A stretch of DNA of 64,000 bases, from the IMG/VR virus record IMGVR_UViG_3300034073_005389, positions 1-64,000 of that record; one strand, 5' to 3'. Shown one piece after another: positions 9,010 through 17,583 of this stretch; position 1 is the first letter of the stretch, and every line of letters starts with the position of its first letter. The notes below the pieces were generated by a model. It ran no database searches. It had not been told where the DNA came from and was given only the letters and a program-made list of their open reading frames with translations. Both the position numbers and the translations under genes were made by a program.

Positions 9010-9593
9010 TTAGATAAAACTTTTTTAAAGTATTCTGTTTGTTTTTCAAATACTTCTTTGGTAGCTTTTACGTCAGCTTCGGCGGTATGTGCTTTTTCGT
9101 TTTTAACGCCATACTTTTTTACTAAGTTAGCTAAACTATAGCCTTCTGCTAGGGTACCTTTACACCAATCTAAAAAGAATTCAATTTGCATGGTGTCTAG
9201 GGTTCTTCTGCCAAAAGGAAAAGTATCTTTTGAATTGCACTTTATCCAAAGTTGCTCTAGCATTAATTTATCAAAGGCTATATTCTGACCACACAGAATC
9301 TTTTTTTCTGCAGGAACTCCGTCTTCTGCGACCCAATTTTCAATTTCAATAATTATTTTGTTAGGATCTTTGTATGTATCTGTGCCAAATTTAGTTTGGT
9401 GTTTTAAATCTTCTAATTTATGACCGTTAACTCGTAAAGCCCCAGAATCAATGGTCTCATAATTAATTGGTCTCAAATGCCAAGTGCGCTGGACATGATC
9501 TGTTAATCTGTACATTGATAATTCAATGACATCATGTCTGTAAGCATCTAGCCCAGTAGTTTCTACGTCAGCAATATAAATTACATAATCCAT
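9006..9593 (-). CDS. DEDDh 3'-5' exonuclease (DnaQ-like)
   Basis: DVETTG (Exo I), GQNIAFD (Exo II), HTAEAD (Exo III). Confidence 0.92.
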   Translation of the reverse strand: MDYVIYIADVETTGLDAYRHDVIELSMYRLTDHVQRTWHLRPINYETIDSGALRVNGHKLEDLKHQTKFGTDTYKDPNKIIIEIENWVAEDGVPAEKKILCGQNIAFDKLMLEQLWIKCNSKDTFPFGRRTLDTMQIEFFLDWCKGTLAEGYSLANLVKKYGVKNEKAHTAEADVKATKEVFEKQTEYFKKVLSK

Positions 9594-9621
9594 AAAATTA
9601 CACCTCTTGTAACGATGAGGT

Positions 9622-9649
9622 ATCTTAATTTTTATTAATTACATGTCAA
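9622..9649 (-). promoter_or_regulatory. Sigma-70-type promoter upstream of the exonuclease gene
   Basis: Minus strand TTGACA (9649-9644)-N16-TAAGAT (9627-9622). Confidence 0.7.
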
Positions 9650-10011
9650 GCTTGGTTTGATAAAACTTTTTTTAATTCATTTTTTAATACATTTAAAGAT
9701 TTGATACCTTGTTTATGCTGATTTATTAAAAAATTAAATCCATTAACTGTACGAAGATATTCTTTTTCTTTATTGTTTAATTTAGAACCTTCTAAGACAA
9801 ACATAACTTTATTGTCTTCAAAAATTTTCCATCTTTCCCCGTTATTAGGGATAGATATTCTTTTAACTCTAATTACTTTTTCTACAGTATTATTTTCTTC
9901 TCTGTGAAAATCATATTCAAATTTATTTAATGTATATTTAGTGTTCTTTTCTTTCATTTCGTCAGTAATCGACATAACGCGGTATGAATCATCATCTACA
10001 TTATTTTTCAT
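9646..10011 (-). CDS. Hypothetical protein
   Basis: 121 aa ORF in the operon; no motif recognised. Confidence 0.65.
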   Translation of the reverse strand: MKNNVDDDSYRVMSITDEMKEKNTKYTLNKFEYDFHREENNTVEKVIRVKRISIPNNGERWKIFEDNKVMFVLEGSKLNNKEKEYLRTVNGFNFLINQHKQGIKSLNVLKNELKKVLSNQA

Positions 10012-10018
10012 TTTTCCC

Positions 10019-11230
10019 TCATTTACAAATAGAATCTACACAAATCGTGCCCATAGCAGCAGCACTTAATATGCCGTGTATTCCAGCAGACTCTCCTGCC
10101 ACAAACATGCCACTTACTTCTGTTTCTAAATTTGAACCAATATTAATTTTAGGAGCCATGGGAAGAATGGTCGGAACATGAAAATATCCTTTTTGTATTA
10201 CTTCTGGTATAATAATAGATAAATTTTCTATCATAGGTCTTAGCCAATCATATTCTGGAATAATAGATATTCTACTTTTTTTATTTATTATATTAGATAT
10301 TTTTTCTTTCACAATTCTATCATTAGCCAAAATAAAAGTTAATTTTGCAATTCTTTCAATTTGCTCAAACGCTTTTTCTTGATAAGGAATACTGCCTAAC
10401 AGAGAAAAAGAAACCTTATCTGTTTTCCACCTATTTTCATTAGATCGAAAAGATGAAATAGCAAAATCTACATGATCTTCTGGAATAACCGTACCAGACC
10501 AAGAAAGTGGTCCTAATTCTAAACTATCATCTTTATAAATACTACAATTAGATTTATTAAATTCTTTCATGGACTCAGCATTTACTTCTATCCTGATTCC
10601 ATACTTAGCAAAATTATTATTTTCTATAATTCCAAAATTCTGATAAACTTCTTTTACCCATCGCCAACCACTACGACCTACACAAACAATTAATTTTTTA
10701 CATTTAAATTCTTGATTATCAGAAGCAATAATGAAATGACCCCTTTGTTTATATATTTTTTTTATTTCATTATCAAAACTAAAAGTAATATTGTTATTTT
10801 TTTCAATGGCATCAGCCATATATTTAGATAAAGCATGAATGTCTTTAGGATAAAGCTGTAAATAATCATTTAGCTCAATCTCATATCCATGTTTTTTAAA
10901 TTTTTTTTCTAAAGAAATTTGAGGAGCTTTATCTTTAATAATTTTAAAATCATCAATATTTTTAAGAACATTGTTAACATAAGTAAATCCAGATTTTGCT
11001 TTTCGCAAACCTGTTAAATTAGATACTTTATTAATATCTGTTAAATATAATTTTCCATCACTATTAGGAAGACACCCCAACCAACCTTCTAATTGGCGAC
11101 GACGCTTCATAGGTGGTCTGCCTAAATCAAAAACAACTGTTTTTACATTTTTATATTCTTTCGCTATTTTATATGTAGCAAAAGAACCTGCTACGCCAGC
11201 ACCAATAATTCCGACATCAAAAATAGTCAT
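10019..11230 (-). CDS. FAD/NAD(P)-dependent oxidoreductase
   Basis: DVGIIGAGVAG Rossmann motif, VCVGRSG, C-terminal GMFVAGESAG..GI..AA..G. Confidence 0.85.
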   Translation of the reverse strand: MTIFDVGIIGAGVAGSFATYKIAKEYKNVKTVVFDLGRPPMKRRRQLEGWLGCLPNSDGKLYLTDINKVSNLTGLRKAKSGFTYVNNVLKNIDDFKIIKDKAPQISLEKKFKKHGYEIELNDYLQLYPKDIHALSKYMADAIEKNNNITFSFDNEIKKIYKQRGHFIIASDNQEFKCKKLIVCVGRSGWRWVKEVYQNFGIIENNNFAKYGIRIEVNAESMKEFNKSNCSIYKDDSLELGPLSWSGTVIPEDHVDFAISSFRSNENRWKTDKVSFSLLGSIPYQEKAFEQIERIAKLTFILANDRIVKEKISNIINKKSRISIIPEYDWLRPMIENLSIIIPEVIQKGYFHVPTILPMAPKINIGSNLETEVSGMFVAGESAGIHGILSAAAMGTICVDSICK

Positions 11231-11285
11231 TTATTATCCTTCACAGTTAACTGCGAGGATACTTATATCATCTTTTATTTGTTTT

Positions 11286-11939
11286 TCATGTCTTATCACA
11301 TAATTCATCTAATATATTAAATATATAATCTTCAAAAGGTCTTTCTCCTTTTTCAATCTTTTTTACCGCCTGATCAAACTCTTTATCTAAATTAGGAAAA
11401 ATCCACATAAAATAATATGATGAATTCTTAAATTGTTTTAAAAAGATTTCTTTATTTTCCTCTAACAATGGATTAAACTTTAATCTTGCTCCTAATCTTT
11501 GCGCCACATACAAAGAAGTAAAATATGCTCTTTTCTCAAAGACCATTCTGAAATAAGCAGGTAACGGAGCCAATAAAACAACAAACAAAATCAATGCTAC
11601 CCACCAATTAAAGAAAAATAATGGAATAGCTAATACAGCTAAAATTTGTGGAAATAAATATAAAAAGCTATATAAAATATGACCAACTCTTTTAGCATCT
11701 TCAATATGTACTAGTTCATGTAAAAAAGTAATAATATTAACTATATTATTTGTTTTTAAATAATCTTTAGTAGGAAAATATACTGTATTCCCAATGGTAG
11801 TGGAATACTTGGTCATGAACTCTTTGTTAAAAAATAACAAAGTTGCAAGAACTTTCATGAAGGAAGATTCGTCTTTAAATTTAACTTGTAATTCTGGATA
11901 ATATTTTTTGGCAACAGTAATTACATTTTCTAATGACAT
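11286..11939 (-). CDS. Putative membrane-associated HExxH zinc metallopeptidase-like protein
   Basis: STTIGNTVYFP...FLHELVHIED, a hydrophobic hairpin, then FEKRAY (candidate third Glu ligand). Confidence 0.55.
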   Translation of the reverse strand: MSLENVITVAKKYYPELQVKFKDESSFMKVLATLLFFNKEFMTKYSTTIGNTVYFPTKDYLKTNNIVNIITFLHELVHIEDAKRVGHILYSFLYLFPQILAVLAIPLFFFNWWVALILFVVLLAPLPAYFRMVFEKRAYFTSLYVAQRLGARLKFNPLLEENKEIFLKQFKNSSYYFMWIFPNLDKEFDQAVKKIEKGERPFEDYIFNILDELCDKT

Positions 11940-11951
11940 ATAAACCTCCTA

Positions 11952-13994
11952 TTAGATAGCACTCCATTCAGTTCCATTATAAATTACATCAAAAGATTCA
12001 TAGTTAGTTGACATAGGATATGTAGCAACGCCATCAATAGTATTTAAGCCAGCATCTACAGTAATAGTCCAAGTGCCAGCATTACCTCCAGAATCTTTAA
12101 TTGTATATGTATCTCCCGTAACAGGAGAAGCTGGTAAATAAACACTAAAAGCTGCCGCAATAGAGGTAACTGAAATTACATCATCACCAGCCACAACAGT
12201 ATATCCTGCCGGATAAGTAGTATCATCTGCATCAGTAATACTTCTACGACGACCTTTGTTAGTAACAAATTTATCTACCAATACTTGTGCAGTAAGTGCG
12301 CTAGGTGAACCAATGTAAAAATTACAAAAAACAGGAAGATCAAAACTACATCCATTAAGAGATAATGTTGCTCGGTCTGAATTTCCAACTTGTAAAACTA
12401 AATTTCCATGATTTCCTGAACCAGAATTTCCAGAAGTTAGATATAAATCACCTGCACCCGTAGAAGCAACAGCGTTATTTGACTGGGCAAATATTTTTAA
12501 GTCTGTACCAGCAGATCCAGGCAAGTTGATTGGGTCTTGACCAAATTCAATAGGATCATAAGGGACAGTAATATTTTCATCAAAATTAAGTCTATTTGTA
12601 AATATTCTTATTGCATCGGCACGAACTTCTAATTGATTAGTCCCACCATTTTGTAGATAAAGCCTTCCATTAGTACCAAGTCCTACGCCCGAAGTTAAAA
12701 TCAAATCTCCTGCCGTACCACCTAACCCATTATTATCTTGCGCAGAAATAGTAAAGTTACTGGCGGCACCAAAAGCATTGCTAACTGCTTCTTGTTCAAT
12801 TTCTACGCTAGCAAGAGTTCTTTCAAATTGAAATAAATCATTATAAGAAATAAGAGTAGTGTCATTTACTCTAAATTTAGGAACACCTGCAATTCTTAAA
12901 TCAACATATCCTGATGTAAGACCGCTTCCAGCTGATAAGATTACATCTCCACCATTGCCTCCAGGATCAGAAGAGCTTTGAGCTTCGATAGTTATTGGTT
13001 TACCATTTCCAACATTTTGCGCAGTTTGCTTGATAGTTGGGTTATAAGAATCCTTATCAAAAGTAATACTATCTCCATTAATATTATCTTTAAAAATAGA
13101 TAATATTGGAGAACTATTTATCTCAAATGTATGAGAGCTGGATGTATTGCCAACTTTATATATAATTCCCTGGTTATTAACGCTTTCACCAATTACTATT
13201 TCATCAGAAGATGTTGAACTGACAGCATCTAAATTAGCTAATGCAGCATTATTTAAAAATGATAAGGCAGTAGTGTTGTTAGGTGTTCTAATCAATCCAG
13301 ATGATGCCACGCTGGCGCCGCCATTGACTAAAGATAAATAATCATCTACTAGTAAATCTGCTGGCATGTAAACGCCATAGCTGGAACTACCAACTTCTAC
13401 TCTATCATTAGTGTTAACTCCAATTATAGGTATTGTTGCCCCTCCAATTAAATCTAATGATTTAATAAATTCATTATTAGGAAGTCTAATAATACCGCTG
13501 GTTGGTACTGAAGTACCAATGGCTAACGCAGTGTATGCCACTGGAGCGCCGAGTGAGTTAATATAATTTAAATTCCATTGACCAGCACTTGGAGAGCTAC
13601 CTTCTTTCCAATACATGGCTGCAAAATCTCTTGAAGTAGGCGGGTTTGCAGTATCAGTAGTACCCCTCATTACGGCTATGCCATATGGAACTCCTACTGT
13701 AGGAGCTGGTACGGGTACAGGAAGTGTAGGATTATCAGGGTGAATCCAATCATATCCGTTTAAATAAAAGAAATATTGATTAGCAGCAGGAATTTGATTA
13801 CCAACAAAAGAAGGTAATGATGATTTAATAATAGTATTAACTGGCGATTGAACAGTTCTATTAATTCTAATATTAATTAATGGGTTAATAGAACCAGAAT
13901 AAGTACCAGAGGTGTCTGGTGTATCATTTACTACCCAATCTACATCTGTCTGAGTGATGGCATCATAGCCTCTCATATAATATTGAATCGCCAT
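11952..13994 (-). CDS. Tail fibre / virion fibre protein
   Basis: 680 aa, Gly/Asn/Ser/Thr-rich; three repeats of G(G/A)D(V/L).L(S/T)(A/S)G; C-terminal TGDTYTIKD.GG.A....I...IDG......NY.S...Y.GTEW domain typical of fibre ends. Confidence 0.65.
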   Translation of the reverse strand: MAIQYYMRGYDAITQTDVDWVVNDTPDTSGTYSGSINPLINIRINRTVQSPVNTIIKSSLPSFVGNQIPAANQYFFYLNGYDWIHPDNPTLPVPVPAPTVGVPYGIAVMRGTTDTANPPTSRDFAAMYWKEGSSPSAGQWNLNYINSLGAPVAYTALAIGTSVPTSGIIRLPNNEFIKSLDLIGGATIPIIGVNTNDRVEVGSSSYGVYMPADLLVDDYLSLVNGGASVASSGLIRTPNNTTALSFLNNAALANLDAVSSTSSDEIVIGESVNNQGIIYKVGNTSSSHTFEINSSPILSIFKDNINGDSITFDKDSYNPTIKQTAQNVGNGKPITIEAQSSSDPGGNGGDVILSAGSGLTSGYVDLRIAGVPKFRVNDTTLISYNDLFQFERTLASVEIEQEAVSNAFGAASNFTISAQDNNGLGGTAGDLILTSGVGLGTNGRLYLQNGGTNQLEVRADAIRIFTNRLNFDENITVPYDPIEFGQDPINLPGSAGTDLKIFAQSNNAVASTGAGDLYLTSGNSGSGNHGNLVLQVGNSDRATLSLNGCSFDLPVFCNFYIGSPSALTAQVLVDKFVTNKGRRRSITDADDTTYPAGYTVVAGDDVISVTSIAAAFSVYLPASPVTGDTYTIKDSGGNAGTWTITVDAGLNTIDGVATYPMSTNYESFDVIYNGTEWSAI

Positions 13995-14105
13995 AGTTTC
14001 TCCTAGACAGATGCAGATTTATTACAATAAACTAAAATTTATCTTATATTTACAATTAATTGTGGTATTTGGTTGTTGTCGCGTGCGCGTCCTAGGATTT
14101 GATCC

Positions 14106-15002
14106 TTACAGCGTCTGAATAATCAGGTTTTCAATCGTAGCAGTGAAGGATACGGATCCCGCAGGTCGTTCAATGTAAAAGCCAACCGCGCATGTAGATA
14201 GGTTTGTGAATGGGTTGACTCCCCATACGGCGTTGGTGTTTGTTGCACCTTGAAAGACGTTGTTCATGTCAATGTTTGGGTTTCCGTTCCAACCTGCGCT
14301 CGGACCTTGATATAGCCAATATTCCGGTCCGTTCACTTCAACACAAAACATGTTGTCCGCTGATGATGCTGGTTGAGAAACTCCATTTGTTCTTGCAGAC
14401 GGAGGAACGGAGCCAAAAGATTGAAAACTAGCTCGACGAGATGAGTTATCTTGTTCAAAGCCTACGGCAACTCTGTTTGCTGTAGTGATTGGCAGTCCAT
14501 CGTACTGCAAGAACAAAATGGCATAACTGTCGTTCGACGTTGTATCGGGGTTGCTTGCAAACTTCATCCTTGCCAAAAATCGAATCTGCTTAGTGATTGT
14601 TGACAACAATGATGACGCCTGAATGATAAGCCAAGATGCACCAGACGAAACCGCTGGCTGAAACTGCAACCCAACTCCATTCGTCAATGATGCGCCGAGA
14701 TTGGTTCCTCCATTGATTACGCTCCACGTTTTCCCATCGATCGTGCGAGTTGTTGTCGTGCCAGCTGTGCCCCACGGTCCAGCGTCAGTAGGCTGCGCCT
14801 TGAAATCGATCGAGTAGGCGGTAGTCCACCCACCACTGCCCGTCAGGGTTCCGCCCGCAAGCGTGAGCCCTGAACCTAATGTGACCGCCGAACCGTCGCC
14901 AGCTAATAAATCAGAAGAAGTTCCCTTAGCAGTTGAAGATAAATATCCATCTGCATCTGTTCCTAAAAATTGATTTGAACCAAATTTACCTACATATGAC
15001 AT
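14106..15002 (-). CDS. Putative fibre/receptor-binding protein with a high-GC C-terminal module
   Basis: ATG at 15002 with GAGGAG SD; shares the SSDL.AGDGS motif with 20671..21330; beta-rich C-terminal domain. Confidence 0.65.
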   Translation of the reverse strand: MSYVGKFGSNQFLGTDADGYLSSTAKGTSSDLLAGDGSAVTLGSGLTLAGGTLTGSGGWTTAYSIDFKAQPTDAGPWGTAGTTTTRTIDGKTWSVINGGTNLGASLTNGVGLQFQPAVSSGASWLIIQASSLLSTITKQIRFLARMKFASNPDTTSNDSYAILFLQYDGLPITTANRVAVGFEQDNSSRRASFQSFGSVPPSARTNGVSQPASSADNMFCVEVNGPEYWLYQGPSAGWNGNPNIDMNNVFQGATNTNAVWGVNPFTNLSTCAVGFYIERPAGSVSFTATIENLIIQTL

Positions 15003-15056
15003 ATTCTGCTCCTCAACCAATGTAGAGATATTAATATCTACCTAAATATTATAATT

Positions 15057-15365
15057 TTAAATAGGATTTAATACTAAATGAATTTCCTGATATCCTCTGT
15101 TTGCAGCCTCTTCTGCCCTTACTCTCCAAGATGCAAACCATGATCTTGCCCTATGATGAAGCTCTTCCGATAAATTTAAATTCATATCAACAAGCAAAAC
15201 CTCACCAGGTAAAAAATTTTCAGGACTTACACCCAATGCATTAACTCCAACAGGAACCACCTGCACTACTCGTACCGAATCTTTTACTTCATCTGTTTCT
15301 AAAATTAACTCAGTAATAAATTTTTCATTTAAATATATCTCTGTTACATCTTTTAAAATAAACAC
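15057..15365 (-). CDS. Hypothetical protein (possible fibre chaperone)
   Basis: 102 aa, GTG start, directly downstream of the tailspike-like gene; the chaperone role is positional inference only. Confidence 0.5.
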   Translation of the reverse strand: MFILKDVTEIYLNEKFITELILETDEVKDSVRVVQVVPVGVNALGVSPENFLPGEVLLVDMNLNLSEELHHRARSWFASWRVRAEEAANRGYQEIHLVLNPI

Positions 15366-15368
15366 AGC

Positions 15369-17582
15369 TTATCTCCCAATCTGAATATAACCATTTACTG
15401 CTATTCTTGTCTGACAACGACCTATGTTCTTAGAAATTGTATCTAAATCTGTAGCCCCAGAAGTTAATGGAGTTGCTCTTCCCGTACTTGCTAATTCTAA
15501 AAATTGACCTCTTTCTATTACCGCCGCTCCTAACATAGGAGTTACAGCCTCAGGTCCTAAAGGAACTACACAAGTAGCAGTAGAACTAGTTCCTAATGCT
15601 ACCGCACATGCAGTACTACCCGCAGTACTAGAATTAAGTATGTACAAAGCAGTATCCGCCCTTCCTGTCTGAATGTCATATGCTAAACCAAATGTAGGAG
15701 AAAAGCCTGTTCTAGCAATTTGTATATTTTCAGCACGCATATTGGCTATGCCTACTACAGGTATAAAACAACGCTGTATAAATGGATAACGCTGATCAGT
15801 CGCTGCTGGTAAGAAAGATGTACTACTATCCATAAATGCAGTAAACCCTGATCCTGCATAAAAATTATTAAATGTAGGAGAGCTTATGCAATTCATGGCT
15901 ATCGGATATGGTCCAGTTGCAGCCCCTGTTCCAGGAACAGGAGCCATGTAAAAATCTCCTCTTAAAGAGTTAAAGGTCCCATTACAAACCATTCCAACTG
16001 TGGCGCCTACAATATTAATATCTACTTGTCCCTCTACATCTTGACAAGTACAAGCTAAGTAGCTGTAATTATTAGCAGTATTGCCAGTAGCACCTTTATT
16101 AGACAATCTAAATCTTAGTCTAAGCTGATATTGATCGTGTAAATACAAGGCTGCAGCGTAATTATAAATAGAATTAGCCATTAATGGGGGATATAAATAA
16201 TTTCCGCTATTCCACCGGCTACAGATTATATCATAATCATTTCCGAACCCAAATTCAGCAATAGTTAAATCATTAGGACCTGTATCTAATACAAATCCAC
16301 GACGACTTGCCGCACTATCTTCTGGGTTATTGGCTAACCAAAATCCCCCATTTACTTCCATTACATTTGCTTGCATGACGCAACGAACTCCGCCCCAGCA
16401 CATTAATGCCATTGGAGCAAATGAAACTTCACAATTAAAATATCTTATACGTATTGGTTGAGAGCGCCAACCTAATGCCGGTGTTGGAACGCCTCCAAAT
16501 GGATTAACATAATATCTTTCTTCTAAGATATCTCTAAAATTATCTACTAAAATATCTTGACAGGTCCAGCACATAATACGACCATTATTTGCTCCTAAAC
16601 CTACGCAATTAATTACTGTAGATTCACGGACTGCATAAAAATCAATTGGTCTATATGTAAATCCTTTGAATGCACAATTTATTATATTTATTCTTAAAGC
16701 AAAATCTGCTTCAATTGCCGTTCCGACTAATGGTAAAGTATTTGAAGAGTCCCAAGCATCAAATTTAATATTTTTAATATTTACATTTTGAGTAATTGAA
16801 GAAAGAAGTGTTACAGTTTTACCGGCACCATGATGTGCGTATTGAGTTAATTTATGAGTTACTGTGTTTACGCTAACACTTTGTACTTGCAACAACTCAT
16901 CTGAAACTGCATTTACTCCAGTGCTGCTACCATAATAATCTGTACCAGCAGGAAAAATCCCTGTTATCTTAAAATAAGAATCATTTAAGAAAGAAGTAGC
17001 ATCAGCAAGAATAACAGAAGTTCCTTCACGAGGGGCAGTGGTATTTACTGTTGTTGTAGTTGCTGTAGCTACACTTCTTAAATTAAAAAAGCTATTTGTT
17101 CTAACCGCACCAGAATTTACCCAGCTTGAGCCTTGACGAATAGTAGCTCTTTCAGTCAAAGTGGTAGCAATAGTTTTTCCACTAGGAATAGATACGCTGG
17201 TGCTTAAATAATAAGTTTGACCGCTAACTAAATAAATATTGTCATAACTAGATAAATAAAGATTTAAATTAGCAGTATCTTGCGCTCCAGTTGTATCTCC
17301 AGATGGTTGAAGAATATAACTAGAAATACTATTATATAAATTTGTTAAATCTGCATTAGACCCAGCTGGACCTGTAGGACCTGTGGCTCCGGTAGCTCCT
17401 GTGGGACCGGTAGGACCTGCAGGTCCAGTTGGTCCAGTCACTCCTGTTGGTCCGGTTGGTCCTGTTAAACCAACAGGCACACCAGGAACCCAAGAATTAG
17501 ATGAACTGCTCCACCTTAAAATATATCCATCAGGTGGCGTAAAACTAGGATCCGCATTAATAACTGTTTTTGTAATACTCAT
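15369..17582 (-). CDS. Collagen-repeat tailspike-like protein with predicted beta-helix (pectate-lyase-like) region
   Basis: About 12 Gly-X-Y triplets near the N-terminus; PSGDTTGAQDTANL...LVSGQTYY head typical of depolymerase tailspikes; beta-helix-like rungs follow. Confidence 0.7.
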   Translation of the reverse strand: MSITKTVINADPSFTPPDGYILRWSSSSNSWVPGVPVGLTGPTGPTGVTGPTGPAGPTGPTGATGATGPTGPAGSNADLTNLYNSISSYILQPSGDTTGAQDTANLNLYLSSYDNIYLVSGQTYYLSTSVSIPSGKTIATTLTERATIRQGSSWVNSGAVRTNSFFNLRSVATATTTTVNTTAPREGTSVILADATSFLNDSYFKITGIFPAGTDYYGSSTGVNAVSDELLQVQSVSVNTVTHKLTQYAHHGAGKTVTLLSSITQNVNIKNIKFDAWDSSNTLPLVGTAIEADFALRINIINCAFKGFTYRPIDFYAVRESTVINCVGLGANNGRIMCWTCQDILVDNFRDILEERYYVNPFGGVPTPALGWRSQPIRIRYFNCEVSFAPMALMCWGGVRCVMQANVMEVNGGFWLANNPEDSAASRRGFVLDTGPNDLTIAEFGFGNDYDIICSRWNSGNYLYPPLMANSIYNYAAALYLHDQYQLRLRFRLSNKGATGNTANNYSYLACTCQDVEGQVDINIVGATVGMVCNGTFNSLRGDFYMAPVPGTGAATGPYPIAMNCISSPTFNNFYAGSGFTAFMDSSTSFLPAATDQRYPFIQRCFIPVVGIANMRAENIQIARTGFSPTFGLAYDIQTGRADTALYILNSSTAGSTACAVALGTSSTATCVVPLGPEAVTPMLGAAVIERGQFLELASTGRATPLTSGATDLDTISKNIGRCQTRIAVNGYIQIGR
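17356..17470 (-). repeat. Collagen-like (GPT/GPA/GAT)n coding repeat
   Basis: GLTGPTGPTGVTGPTGPAGPTGPTGATGATGPTGPAGS. Confidence 0.9.
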
Positions 17583-17583
17583 A

